Origin: a virus
Taxonomy: Duplodnaviria; Caudoviricetes
IMG/VR virus record: IMGVR_UViG_3300050507_000132
Span: 1-64,000 of that record
Length of the DNA stretch: 64,000 bases
Reading direction: 5' to 3' (one strand)
In this document: piece after piece, positions 1 through 10,534 of the stretch
How positions within the stretch are numbered: the first letter of the stretch is position 1
Layout of the letters: each line of letters opens with the position of its first letter
The notes under the pieces: model-generated
The model's database searches: none
What the model was told of the DNA's origin: nothing
What the model saw: the letters and a program-made list of their open reading frames with translations, nothing else
Program-made: the position numbers and the translations under genes

Positions 1-83
1 GCCCGTCCCGTACGGACGTGGAGGTGGTACATGGCCGGGCACTCTCGTGATGGAGGATGCCCGGCCGGGATGATCGGTTCCCC

Positions 84-461
84 TTACGGGGCGGGAGTCT
101 TGGCGACGAGAACGCCGGGCGGGGACACCGAGGCGGGGACAGGCGCCGTTACCTTGTCCCGGACCCACACGCCGATGAGCAGCATGATCGCGCCGACTAC
201 CTTGGCCTGGAGTTCGGCGTCCCAGTCCAGTCCGAAGTACGAGAACAGTGAGACACCTGCGGTCACGAGGCCTGCGAGAGCTGCGAGGATCCCATCGCCG
301 ACCTGAATGGCGACGACCAGACCGAGCGCGGCTGCCACGACGGCGGTGACGATGGACTGGAGCTGTGCATCGAAGTTGAGGCCGAACGCAGACAGGATCT
401 GCCACAGCGCACCGAGCGCCGCAAGCCAGACCGCCGGTTCTCTGCCGTAGATCTTCCCCAT
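84..461 (-). CDS. Holin-like multi-TM membrane protein
   Basis: MGKIYGREPAVWLAALGALWQ... with two internally repeated hydrophobic halves, resembling actinophage holins. ATG at 461 preceded by GGAGG. Confidence 0.6.
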   Translation of the reverse strand: MGKIYGREPAVWLAALGALWQILSAFGLNFDAQLQSIVTAVVAAALGLVVAIQVGDGILAALAGLVTAGVSLFSYFGLDWDAELQAKVVGAIMLLIGVWVRDKVTAPVPASVSPPGVLVAKTPAP

Positions 462-664
462 GGGGGTCCTCCGAGGATCACGTGAGGGAGTTGAACACTC
501 CGCCGAGAGTATGCACCACACCGCCCAGCCAGCCGTTCGCGAGCAGTACACCGAGCATCAGCGCGGCGACGGCCGCAACCAGGACGGACCTGTGCCGGTT
601 GATAAGGAACCCGGCGAGGAAGATCAGCAGCGCTCCGGTGAGGGTCATCTCCATGCGATTTAGG

Positions 665-2869
665 TTATCCCACCTGGCGGGCCATGGCTGCCATGCCGGT
701 ACCGCCCTGGGTGACGGTCGCGGTCAGCTTGACGATCCTGTTGTGCCACGCAGGCCACACCATCGCGTCCAGGCGGTCCGGAGACCAGTCCAGCTCCGGA
801 TACCAGGTACAGAGCTGGCTCTCCAGCTCCTGGTGTACGCCGACCATGTGCCAACGGTTCTGTGCCGTGAGCGCACTGACGGGCTGCGCCCGCACCACCT
901 TGCCGCGCGTTGCACGCACCATGCGGATCGGGATGTTGATCCCCATCATGTCGGCTGCGGAGCGGATGGTGGAGATGGCCATGTCCCCGCCGAAGTTGAC
1001 CTCCACGGCGATATCGTCGGCCTCGAACTCGACGGCTGCCTCGACCGCAGCGCGGCCCCAGCCCTCCGGCTTCAGATGGACGGTGCGATCCCCGAGCACG
1101 TAGCCGTGTGCAAGGGGGGTGCTGCGCTCCTTGCCGTTGACCGTACGCAGGTGCTCTTGCATGGCCTTGCCGACAACGACGATGCCCTGTTCTCCGGCTC
1201 CGCCGGATGGGTCCACGCCGACGGTGATGCGGGCCAGCTTGATCCGTTCCATGTCCGACACCTGGAGCCGGGACGCGTTCAGGTGCGCCCGGGTCCACAG
1301 GGCGTTGGAGTCCTCGTCGAGGATCTCCGCCATCAGCTCCTGACGGCCGAGGTCCGTACCCTCGTACTCTTCGAGCAGGGCGTTGCGGATCTCTTCCTGG
1401 AGGTGGGGATTGTCGTACATGGACGCGCGGGACATGACGACGTTGGAGTACCCACCTGTGGCGAGACGTTTGATAAGGGGGCGCGGCTTCGGAGTCGTAC
1501 TCGCGACCCAGTGCGGCCGGGGACCCGTTCGCAGACCGAAACGCATCTGCGCCCAGGCATCGTCGAGATAGCGCCACGCAGCCATCTCCTCCAGCCACGC
1601 GAGGCAGTTGGATACCAAGAGACCGTCCGCAAAGAACTCGTGATCGTGTTCAACCGTCAGGTCAAACACCCGGGCGACGCGACTGGTACGCGACGACCGA
1701 AGTGCACCGGCGTGAACAGGTACGGGTCGGCGCCCGACGCTGGCACTCGAACCCCCCGCCGCACACGCAGCACACCCGTTCTTCCCGTGTCCGTGAAGGC
1801 GCCGCAGCCTCCCGGCAACCGGGGCAGTAGCGTGCTCCGGCGGTAGCGCGCGACTGGAAGCCCTCACCGCAACGGCCACAGGTGAACTCTCTGTACTCAG
1901 CCTTGGCCCAGGTGGCCCGGCCACCCTTGCTGTGCCAGTCCTCGCCGCGCTCCCCGCCATGCTCGTGCCAATGCTCACCGGGGCGCAGCAGCACGAAGTT
2001 GTCGGCCCGGTTGTTCCGCTTGTCGTGGTCCTTGTGATGCACGTGCATCCCGGCCGGGATCGGCCCGACCTCTTTGATCCAAATCCACCGGTGCAGCAGT
2101 CCGCGTCTGCTGTTGCGGTAGTACGGGTCTCGCTTGCTCGGGTACCAGCGGACCCCGTCGTACTCGATGTAGTTGGCCACGTAAACACAGTACCCGTTGA
2201 CGGAACGAGAGACGCCTCCGTCCAGCCCTGATCCGTGGCCACTTTGTGGTCCGGCGTGAGCCATGTGGACCCAGCTGCGTGGTCGTACCGGCGGACATCC
2301 TTGATCCCGTTGTCCCAGACCTTGAGTACCCTGCGCAGCCCGTTGCGCGTCCAGACCCAGTCCCCGGGCCGGATGGTCTCAATGGGGCGCTCACCGTCCG
2401 CCGTACGGACCAGGGTCCCTTCTGCCGCGCACCTGTTACCGCCCGAACGCAAACGCTGGGTGTCCTCTTGGGTGTTGGCGCCGAAGAGTTTGGCTACGGA
2501 GCCGTTGGGCCACTTGACGATCGTGCCGCCCGTGGAGTTGACCATCCGGGCCCCGGGGGAGTGTGCGCTCAGGCCTGACGGCCCGCTGAAGCAGGACGTC
2601 GCCGCGTCACCCAGGGTGGGCGCGATGATCCCGATCCAGTGCGGCACGGGACCGGGCATGCAGGGGGGCCCGTAGACGTGGTCGTGCACGTACCGGGCGC
2701 AGGCATCGGTCTTGCCCGCACCTCGACCTGCGAGCAGCAACCACCCGTACCAGCCGCCGGGAGGAGGCACCTGGTGCGGCAGGGGGGTCCAGCGAGGCTC
2801 CGTGAGTGTGCGCGCGTGCGTGATGAGACGGTCGGCCGCCCTCCGTCGGCGCACTGCGCGATCACTCAT
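665..2869 (-). CDS. terL: Terminase large subunit, intein-containing
   Basis: Walker A LLAGRGAGKT; Walker B LAWLEE after the intein; ASTTPKP coupling motif; nuclease motifs VGVDPS, IAVEVNFGG, SPDRLDA. Confidence 0.92.
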   Translation of the reverse strand: MSDRAVRRRRAADRLITHARTLTEPRWTPLPHQVPPPGGWYGWLLLAGRGAGKTDACARYVHDHVYGPPCMPGPVPHWIGIIAPTLGDAATSCFSGPSGLSAHSPGARMVNSTGGTIVKWPNGSVAKLFGANTQEDTQRLRSGGNRCAAEGTLVRTADGERPIETIRPGDWVWTRNGLRRVLKVWDNGIKDVRRYDHAAGSTWLTPDHKVATDQGWTEASLVPSTGTVFTWPTTSSTTGSAGTRASETRTTATADADCCTGGFGSKRSGRSRPGCTCITRTTTSGTTGPTTSCCCAPVSIGTSMAGSAARTGTARVAGPPGPRLSTESSPVAVAVRASSRALPPEHATAPVAGRLRRLHGHGKNGCAACAAGGSSASVGRRPVPVHAGALRSSRTSRVARVFDLTVEHDHEFFADGLLVSNCLAWLEEMAAWRYLDDAWAQMRFGLRTGPRPHWVASTTPKPRPLIKRLATGGYSNVVMSRASMYDNPHLQEEIRNALLEEYEGTDLGRQELMAEILDEDSNALWTRAHLNASRLQVSDMERIKLARITVGVDPSGGAGEQGIVVVGKAMQEHLRTVNGKERSTPLAHGYVLGDRTVHLKPEGWGRAAVEAAVEFEADDIAVEVNFGGDMAISTIRSAADMMGINIPIRMVRATRGKVVRAQPVSALTAQNRWHMVGVHQELESQLCTWYPELDWSPDRLDAMVWPAWHNRIVKLTATVTQGGTGMAAMARQVG
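1607..2431 (-). mobile_element. Intein (275 aa) in TerL
   Basis: Starts CAAEGTLV (block A), has TPDH (block B) and VFDLTVEHDHEFFADGLLVSN|C (blocks F/G). Removal restores ...GGNR-CLAWLEE. Confidence 0.9.
1662..2180 (-). CDS. HNH homing endonuclease with C-terminal Zn ribbons, nested out of frame inside the intein
   Basis: LLHRWIW...HVHHKDHDKRNNRADNF HNH core and CxxC pairs. Codons in this frame are GC3-rich. Start uncertain (GTG 2180; frame open from 2264). Confidence 0.8.
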   Translation of the reverse strand: MANYIEYDGVRWYPSKRDPYYRNSRRGLLHRWIWIKEVGPIPAGMHVHHKDHDKRNNRADNFVLLRPGEHWHEHGGERGEDWHSKGGRATWAKAEYREFTCGRCGEGFQSRATAGARYCPGCREAAAPSRTREERVCCVCGGGFECQRRAPTRTCSRRCTSVVAYQSRRPGV

Positions 2870-2952
2870 GCGGAGAGTATGCCCCGGGGAACAGGGCGAG
2901 GCTCCCGGACGGCCATCCGGGAACCTCTATGAGTGGGCGAAGCGGGACCAGG

Positions 2953-4044
<1,092 letters not shown>

Positions 4045-4064
4045 TCACCAAGTTCTGGCCAGAA

Positions 4065-4901
4065 CTACAACAGGTAGCCTCGTCGCCTCGCCTCCTCGAC
4101 GGCTGCCTTCCGGCGCTCCCCGTGAGCGTGGTGCAGGACGTCCAGCTTGCGATAGACGATCATGAGCCTGGACGACACAGACGACCCCGGGATGGGGGTG
4201 CCGTTCTTACCCAGGGTGCGGCCCGCTTCGGCCAGCGATGTGCCGTCGGCGACGGCCGCCAGCGTGCGATGTTCCAGCTCGGTGAGGTCGGTGGTCCCCC
4301 ACCGCCGGGGACGCTTCGCAGGCTTGAACGGGGGTACCGGGCGCAGCAGCCCGCGTCGCCGTCCCTCCTCCACGGCCGCACGGAGTTTCGTGTTCTGATG
4401 CAAGTGGGCGACGTCGAGTTTGCGATAGAGGGACGTGCGCACGTCATCGAGGACCCGGCGCGAGCACCCCCACTTGTCCAGGGTCTGCTTGAAGGTGCGC
4501 CCCGAGTCGAACGACTTGAGCAGCCTCAGTTCGGCCTCGGTCAGCGGTTCCGGACGGGATGCCACCTTTCCGGTCCGCTCCATGAACCCGGTGTGCCACT
4601 TACGGCACGCAGCGCATGCTTCCTCGTGGCGGCCGTGGTGCGCGCGGTACCCGGCTTGCGTTCCGCACTCCAGGTACGGGCCGATCAGATCAAGCTGGCA
4701 TGCGATGTAGATGGCCTGCTCCATGCGCCGGGCGCGCAGCTTCTCACACACGCGGGTATTGACCGACGGCGACGAGCCGGAGCCCATGAGCCTGAACGCT
4801 TCCCGGGGTACGTAGCCCTGACAGATGTACCAGAGGTACGCGTGCTCCCGGGGCGAGAGCGGGTCGACGTCGGCAGGGAGCCGAATGGGTTCACGGGTCA
4901 T
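4065..4901 (-). CDS. Regulator with several LuxR-like HTH segments and a CGT..GY..H..C..C Zn-binding motif
   Basis: Repeated LSPRE/LTEAE/LTELE segments followed by ...YRKLDV; Cys/His motif. ATG at 4901 after AAGGA. Confidence 0.6.
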   Translation of the reverse strand: MTREPIRLPADVDPLSPREHAYLWYICQGYVPREAFRLMGSGSSPSVNTRVCEKLRARRMEQAIYIACQLDLIGPYLECGTQAGYRAHHGRHEEACAACRKWHTGFMERTGKVASRPEPLTEAELRLLKSFDSGRTFKQTLDKWGCSRRVLDDVRTSLYRKLDVAHLHQNTKLRAAVEEGRRRGLLRPVPPFKPAKRPRRWGTTDLTELEHRTLAAVADGTSLAEAGRTLGKNGTPIPGSSVSSRLMIVYRKLDVLHHAHGERRKAAVEEARRRGYLL

Positions 4902-5078
4902 GGTCGGGGTTCCTTGGTCTCGGCAATGGAGAGGCGCCCTCCGGTCCCCGGACGGTCCGTGACCGTCGCCCCTTCCGGAGGGCGCCTGGGGCTCCTGCGT
5001 ACCGGAGGGAGCCACCACCGCCGGGCCGGAGCCTCTACCTAGGGTTTACCTAAATCGGCCCGGGTCCAAACCGGCTCG

Positions 5079-5150
5079 TCAGACCCGGCGCAGCAGGAAG
5101 ACGATCAGAAGCACCACGAGAATGATCATTAGTAGTGTCCACAGATCCAC
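5079..5150 (-). CDS. 23-aa single-TM microprotein
   Basis: MDLWTLLMIILVVLLIVFLLRRV; GGAGGTGA SD immediately upstream of the GTG. Confidence 0.55.
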   Translation of the reverse strand: MDLWTLLMIILVVLLIVFLLRRV

Positions 5151-5211
5151 GGGGATCACCTCCGGCAGACCGGGTACCCCATCGCCGGGCCACACAGGCC
5201 GGACCGTATAA

Positions 5212-5853
5212 CTACGCGTCCTCCGGGCCCTCGGTATCGCTGATGACTTCGCCCTCGATGACGCGCAGGTGGGCTCCGGCGGCCTCCAGCACCCGCTGAC
5301 GGACGGCCGGTTCGAGTTCGGGCACGGCCGCGAACCCCGCCAGAATCGCCTCCACCACGTCCACCGACTCTTCGTCGACCCGGCGCTCCAGCGCAATGTC
5401 GATCTTCTCCCGGGCGTTGGTCCCCTCCAGCCGGGCCTGCTGTTCCTCCAGCGCGCGCAGCTGCGCCAGCGCGGCGAGTACGGGAGCCTCGTCCCGCAGG
5501 GGGTTGCCCGCCCCGTCCTGGACGATCTCACCCTGGTACAGCACGTAGTGCGTACGGGTGATCACACCATAGAGCTGACGGCGAATGTCATTGAGGCGCA
5601 GCGAAGCTGCGGTCAGCTTCTCCTCAATCGCCTGGTCCGCTCGCTTGCGGTACTCCTTGAGCGCGCGGTGGATGTCCATGCCCACCTGCGCTTCAATCTG
5701 AATGAGATTGAGGTTGGGGTTGTGGCGCCTGTACTCGTCCTGCATTTCGACGGCGATCATCTTGTGCGTGAGACCCCGGTTGGCGAGAGTGACCGCCTTC
5801 CACCGTCGGGCCTCGACCACAGCATGATCACCATTGTGATACGGGCTGCTCAT
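5212..5853 (-). CDS. Terminase small subunit-like HTH protein
   Basis: N-terminal HTH (RRWKAVTLANRGLTHKMIA) plus LAALAQLRALEEQQARLEG segment typical of actinophage TerS; lies upstream of terL. Confidence 0.6.
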   Translation of the reverse strand: MSSPYHNGDHAVVEARRWKAVTLANRGLTHKMIAVEMQDEYRRHNPNLNLIQIEAQVGMDIHRALKEYRKRADQAIEEKLTAASLRLNDIRRQLYGVITRTHYVLYQGEIVQDGAGNPLRDEAPVLAALAQLRALEEQQARLEGTNAREKIDIALERRVDEESVDVVEAILAGFAAVPELEPAVRQRVLEAAGAHLRVIEGEVISDTEGPEDA

Positions 5854-6154
5854 GATCTTAACTCCCCTCGGTGTTAACGGATCACTCCCTTGGTCCGTTC
5901 ACGGTAATCGATAGCCTTCTGGACCTCCTCCGCTTCGCTTCCGCACCTGGTCATCGCGGTGCGCACCCGGATGCTGATCATTCGCTCTGTCCTCTCCGGC
6001 TCCCCTGCGGGAACGGCGGACCGCCCGACTGGAGGTAGATCCCGGCTTCGTGGTGCGCACGGGTGCAGCACACCCGGCAGTGCCTACAGAACGGGCGGAG
6101 CCGTGAGCGCCAGCTGAGCCGAGCTCCGCACCAGGTGCACTCCTTGATCATGCC

Positions 6155-6742
6155 TCAGTCTCCCAGCCCCACGAGAGGGAAAGCCTCGCGGATGCGGTCC
6201 GCGATGTCGGCCGGGGTCATCTCCGTCACGTCAAGATCGAGGTACATACGGAAGCCGGGCCGGTGCTCCGAAGTCTGGGTGAGGAACCAGTCGGCAATCC
6301 GGTCGGCCCGGGTACCGGCGCCCTTGCGCCAGCTCGGGTTCTGTTTGGCTCCGCGTTCCTTCCAGCGCTGGGTCAGAAGCTCCTCATCGGCTGTCAGGCG
6401 GACGAGCGTGACCGCCGCGCCCCCTTGCGCCAGGTGCCCTAGGAACGGACGCGTAGCCAGCCGTGAGCCCTCTCCGAGAGCGAAAGGAACGGACAGGGTG
6501 CCGAGCCATGTAATGGCCCGGGGCGAGATGTCCATAGCTAGGGCATCGGTACCGGAGAAGGTCTCCCGGGGGACCCCGAGCTCCACTCCGGCCATGCGAC
6601 CTGTGACCGGGTGCAGCATCCGCACGTGAGGCACGGGAACCGTGCGGTGCACCTCTTTGTCCCAGCGCGCGGTGAGCTCGCGGGTGGCGGTGGACTTGCC
6701 GACCCCAGGAGGACCGACGATGTACAGCAGGCTCCCGATCAT
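6155..6742 (-). CDS. P-loop nucleotide kinase-like protein
   Basis: LLYIVGPPGVGKST Walker A at the N-terminus; RWKERG..QNPSWRKG motif. Confidence 0.7.
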   Translation of the reverse strand: MIGSLLYIVGPPGVGKSTATRELTARWDKEVHRTVPVPHVRMLHPVTGRMAGVELGVPRETFSGTDALAMDISPRAITWLGTLSVPFALGEGSRLATRPFLGHLAQGGAAVTLVRLTADEELLTQRWKERGAKQNPSWRKGAGTRADRIADWFLTQTSEHRPGFRMYLDLDVTEMTPADIADRIREAFPLVGLGD

Positions 6743-6744
6743 GG

Positions 6745-7920
6745 TCAGCACTCCAGGGTGAGCGGGGGCCGCCAGACGTTGCCGTCTCCGGCCGTGCCCG
6801 GGGTCTCGGTGTAGGCGAGGGGAACGAGGAGTGTCTTGGCGGCCGTCTCGTTGCGGGTGCCCAGCCACAGGTCGAGAACCTGCCAGGGCTTGCCGTCCAG
6901 CACCGAGACGGTACGTACCTGACCTCCGCAGGAGTTGGGGCTGAACAGACGGCGTCCGTTCGCCGGGTAGCCCCAGCCGACGTTCGCCGGGTAGCTCCAG
7001 CCGGTGAGCATGGAGGGCGCCGTCGCGTATCCGGCGGGGGATCCGGCACAGTAGCCGCAGCCCGGATCGCTGAACGTGAGCACGTAGCGTCCGGCCTCCG
7101 CGTCCCACCAGCCGCCCGGACCCTCGACCTTCGTCAGTCCGGCGACGGCGGACACGCCGACTCCGGCGCTGCCTCCGGACCCGGACCAGTTGAGCTCCTG
7201 GAGAGCCAGCGACGCGGCTCCGGCCTTGGTGCAAACGACGGCGGGACGGCCGCCCTGCCCCGAAGAGATCATTCCGAAGTCGCCGTTGGCTCCGGCGCAC
7301 AGGTCGAGGGACGGCTTGTTGTAGCTGCCCGAGGGAGCTCCGGCCGTCGGTCCGCACGGCCCGGCCGGACCGTTGCACCCCATGACGTTGTAGGCGTGAG
7401 CAGCCCCCAGGCTGTACTGACGGGGAGCGTTGAACCACAGGATCCACACTCCGTCGTCATAGCCCCATCCGGTGCGCTGGACGAACCGGGGATTGAAACA
7501 TCCCTGTCCGGTCTGAGTGCCGCATATCTGCTGCCAGGTGTAGCCCGTGGACGGGTCGACCGACGATGGCGAGAACAACAGTTGAGGTGTCGTCCACGGC
7601 CCGGCGAGGCTCGCGGCGGTGCTCACTCCGAAGCCGCACCACGGTGTACCCGCGATGTACCACTCATAGCCGCATCCGTACATCGTTCCGACCATGTAGT
7701 ACAGGCCGCCGGACTGGTAGAGCTGCGCGTCGTGCAGATCGAGACCGGCGATGGTCAGGGATGTACGTCCGTCGGGCAGGGCGGATGGTCCGGCCGTAAC
7801 CGTGACGACGGCGGGGCGGGGCTTCCATGGTGCGGTGGCGGCCGTGGCCGACGGCGCGGCGAAACCCACCCCGATCACCATCAGCAGGGCGATCAGCCAG
7901 TAGGGGAAACGGCGGGTCAT
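6745..7920 (-). CDS. Secreted GH43-like beta-propeller glycoside hydrolase
   Basis: Signal peptide ending ATA-A; HDAQL..GGLYYMVGT and VEGP....GRYVLTFS motifs. Confidence 0.55.
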   Translation of the reverse strand: MTRRFPYWLIALLMVIGVGFAAPSATAATAPWKPRPAVVTVTAGPSALPDGRTSLTIAGLDLHDAQLYQSGGLYYMVGTMYGCGYEWYIAGTPWCGFGVSTAASLAGPWTTPQLLFSPSSVDPSTGYTWQQICGTQTGQGCFNPRFVQRTGWGYDDGVWILWFNAPRQYSLGAAHAYNVMGCNGPAGPCGPTAGAPSGSYNKPSLDLCAGANGDFGMISSGQGGRPAVVCTKAGAASLALQELNWSGSGGSAGVGVSAVAGLTKVEGPGGWWDAEAGRYVLTFSDPGCGYCAGSPAGYATAPSMLTGWSYPANVGWGYPANGRRLFSPNSCGGQVRTVSVLDGKPWQVLDLWLGTRNETAAKTLLVPLAYTETPGTAGDGNVWRPPLTLEC

Positions 7921-8013
7921 GCGAGGGGTCCTCCTACGATCCGAAAATCTGTGATGCCGTCGGCCACGGCCGGGCATGCGGTGCGGTACCTACGGGGCCG
8001 TACAGACAACCCG

Positions 8014-9447
8014 TCATCCGGCCACTGCGTCCAGGGGGCATGGCACCCCGTTGCGCAAGGGAATTGTGCCTGTGGCCTCCTGGAACCGCAGGGCTGCTAT
8101 GTCGCAGTATCGAGGGCTGATCTCCATGGCCCGGCCCTGGCGACCCTCCCGCTCACACGCCATCAGCGTGGAACCTGATCCGCCGAACGGATCGTAGACC
8201 GTGTCCCCCGGATCGGAGTACACCCGGATGAACCACTGAGGGAGACCGACCGGGAACGCGGCCGTATGCCCGGTCGCCTGGTGATCGCCCGAGAACGTGG
8301 GCAGCATGTTTCCCGGATATGCGAGCCCCGGGGATGTCTCATTGTCGTGTCCGAACTGCACCGACCCCGGCGCCCCCTGCTGGTTCTTCCACCCCGTGTC
8401 GCCGACACCCGGGCCGCCAGGGACCGGGACATTCGCCGACACGTGGCGCACCCGGTCGGGGCGCATCTTCCACCGGCCCCGGGTGAACTGATAGACCGGT
8501 TCGAACTGGTTCTTGAACCGCATGGTCACGCTCTTCGGAACACCGATCCGACGCCAGCACAGCTCGGTGGCGTAGTGCCATCCCCACATACGGGCGTGCG
8601 CGATCACAAGATCATGGACATACAGATGGGTGTCCAGGCCGTCGGCCGACGCCTTGATATTGACGAACCATGACCCGTCCTCCGTCAGGTGATCTGCCAC
8701 GCTGCGGGCCACGGGCTCGAACCATGCCACGTACTCGTCCGGTGGCACCGGGCGGAATTCCGTGGTGACGTCGTAATCCCGCTGGGATGCGTACGGCGGA
8801 GATGTGAATGCAAGGTGGATTTGATCACCCGCCAGCAGGGTGTGTACATCGTCCGGGTTACGGGCGTCCCCGCACATCATCCGGTGACTCCCCAGGATCC
8901 ATACATCACCCGGCTGAGTAACCACGTCCCGGACCAGCTCCGGCACGGGTACATCACCCGGCTCGGTGTAGCCGCCATCCATGGCATCGTCAACGAGCGT
9001 CACAGGGTCATCCGCCAGACCATCGAACCCGGACTCCTCGAACCGGGCGATGATCGAATCGACTTCCTCCTCGTCGTAGCCCGTGCCGTACAACTCGCCG
9101 TCCAGCAGTGCCAGCAGCCGGGCGCGCGCCTGGTCGTCGTAGGTGGCCCTGTCGTTGGACTTGTTGTCGATCAGGTTGATGCGCAGGGCCGTCCTGTCGT
9201 CGCACTCGTGGACCTCGCACCGGGCCGTTTCGTCTCCACGGGCCTCCAGTGCCTCCAGGGTGTTGTTACCGCACAGGACGATCAGATCCCCGCTCTCCGG
9301 CTCCCGGCGCACGATCAGGCTGCGGTACTGACCATTCTCGTCCAGGGACTCCGCCAGCACCTTCGGATCGCCCCGCCGGGCGTTGCCCGGAAAGGGGGTG
9401 AGCTGTGCCAGGGGGATCATGCGTGTCTCGACGTACTCCGTGGTCAC
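8014..9447 (-). CDS. ParB-like N-domain fused to an N4C/N6A DNA methyltransferase
   Basis: PFPGNARRGD...LCGNNT (ParB-like); FTSPPY catalytic motif; VYDPFGGSGST SAM-binding motif. Confidence 0.85.
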   Translation of the reverse strand: MTTEYVETRMIPLAQLTPFPGNARRGDPKVLAESLDENGQYRSLIVRREPESGDLIVLCGNNTLEALEARGDETARCEVHECDDRTALRINLIDNKSNDRATYDDQARARLLALLDGELYGTGYDEEEVDSIIARFEESGFDGLADDPVTLVDDAMDGGYTEPGDVPVPELVRDVVTQPGDVWILGSHRMMCGDARNPDDVHTLLAGDQIHLAFTSPPYASQRDYDVTTEFRPVPPDEYVAWFEPVARSVADHLTEDGSWFVNIKASADGLDTHLYVHDLVIAHARMWGWHYATELCWRRIGVPKSVTMRFKNQFEPVYQFTRGRWKMRPDRVRHVSANVPVPGGPGVGDTGWKNQQGAPGSVQFGHDNETSPGLAYPGNMLPTFSGDHQATGHTAAFPVGLPQWFIRVYSDPGDTVYDPFGGSGSTLMACEREGRQGRAMEISPRYCDIAALRFQEATGTIPLRNGVPCPLDAVAG

Positions 9448-9514
9448 GGTTCTCTCCTCTGCTTGACGCGCCGTCCGGGCAAGGATAGATCCGGGGCACG
9501 CCGCGCCGGTCCGG

Positions 9515-9775
9515 TCACGGACCGTCCAGCTCCTCGACGTAACGGCTCCAGTCGGCCGTATGGGCGTTCATCTCCGGCATGTTGTCCACTTCGGCGACCA
9601 CCCCGCCCGAACGGGGATTCATGATCACCCACGTGCCGTGAGGAGGACCGTAGACCGCTATGTACTCTTCGTCCGGACTGACCCGGAACTCCCATTCGTT
9701 CGGGGCCCCATCACCCATGTAGTCCCACGGCTGAGCGATGGCCGCCCGGAGGATCTTCTTGACGATCCCGCTCAC
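9515..9775 (-). CDS. Hypothetical protein
   Basis: ORF with GTGA overlap to the upstream gene. Confidence 0.5.
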   Translation of the reverse strand: MSGIVKKILRAAIAQPWDYMGDGAPNEWEFRVSPDEEYIAVYGPPHGTWVIMNPRSGGVVAEVDNMPEMNAHTADWSRYVEELDGP

Positions 9776-9963
9776 GGGTGAGCCGCCTTACGCAGGCTCT
9801 CGGCGAGGTTCTCCGCGTCGCGCAGGCTCATACCGCTTGCGAGACAGACGGTCGCCCCGGCGTCGGGGTACCGGGACAGATGCGAGAAGATGATGTCTGC
9901 GGTGAACGGAGCCTTCACCATCTCCGATCCGCACAGGGGGCACGGGTCGTCGTTCATGATCAC
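9772..9963 (-). CDS. Hypothetical Zn-ribbon protein
   Basis: CPLC motif; SD GGAAGG. Confidence 0.45.
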   Translation of the reverse strand: MIMNDDPCPLCGSEMVKAPFTADIIFSHLSRYPDAGATVCLASGMSLRDAENLAESLRKAAHP

Positions 9964-9973
9964 CCTTCCGTGG

Positions 9974-10534
9974 TCATTCAGTCTCGTTCAACCCGGGGTC
10001 GGGTTCACGGTTCTCCAGCCGGGCCAGCCTCGCCTTAAGCTCCGCGATCTCCGATTCGGACCGGTCGGTCCTCTTCGACACCAGGCCCAGCTGGGCCTCC
10101 AGGTTCTTCTGCCGGACGTCCAGGCGCCGGTTGAAGTCCATCTGAGCCGCGAACGCCTGAGCCACGACGCCGAACGCCTTGCGCGTTTCCGGATCGACGC
10201 CGGAGAGATCGACGTTCACCGTCTTGGAGTGACCCCGGGCCAGCGACCTGCCCGCCTTGCGCTGGTGCTTGCGGGCCAGCGTCAGGTGCTCCTCCGCCTG
10301 CACCACCCGGTATCCGACGTTGGGCACAGGCTCCAGGGCGTGCCGGTCCTGAACCTCGAACTCCCGGGCCGCCCGGCGGATGGCTCCCTGCACCACGTGC
10401 CGGGCCTCCTCCGGCACTTCCAGAGCCGCGCACAGCGTCTCGTACGTCACCACGTCCCCGGCCTTGAGAGGCTTGAGAACGGCGTACAGCGTCCTCCAGC
10501 GAGGGACGTCCCCAGCCGGTTCGAACGGGCTCAT
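9974..10534 (-). CDS. Winged-HTH + coiled-coil protein coupled to the RAMP-like gene
   Basis: ATGA overlap with the upstream stop; VVTYETLCAAL...VPNVGYRVV wHTH-like; C-terminal heptads SEIAELKARLARLE. Confidence 0.65.
   Translation of the reverse strand: MSPFEPAGDVPRWRTLYAVLKPLKAGDVVTYETLCAALEVPEEARHVVQGAIRRAAREFEVQDRHALEPVPNVGYRVVQAEEHLTLARKHQRKAGRSLARGHSKTVNVDLSGVDPETRKAFGVVAQAFAAQMDFNRRLDVRQKNLEAQLGLVSKRTDRSESEIAELKARLARLENREPDPGLNETE

Noticed and set aside
482-1846. Long plus-strand ORFs opposite terL, and similar antisense ORFs at 11344-12972, 33852-35390, 46335-48617, 55680-57275 and 59456-61666
   Set aside because: These are antisense shadows of high-GC3 genes with no recognisable motifs.
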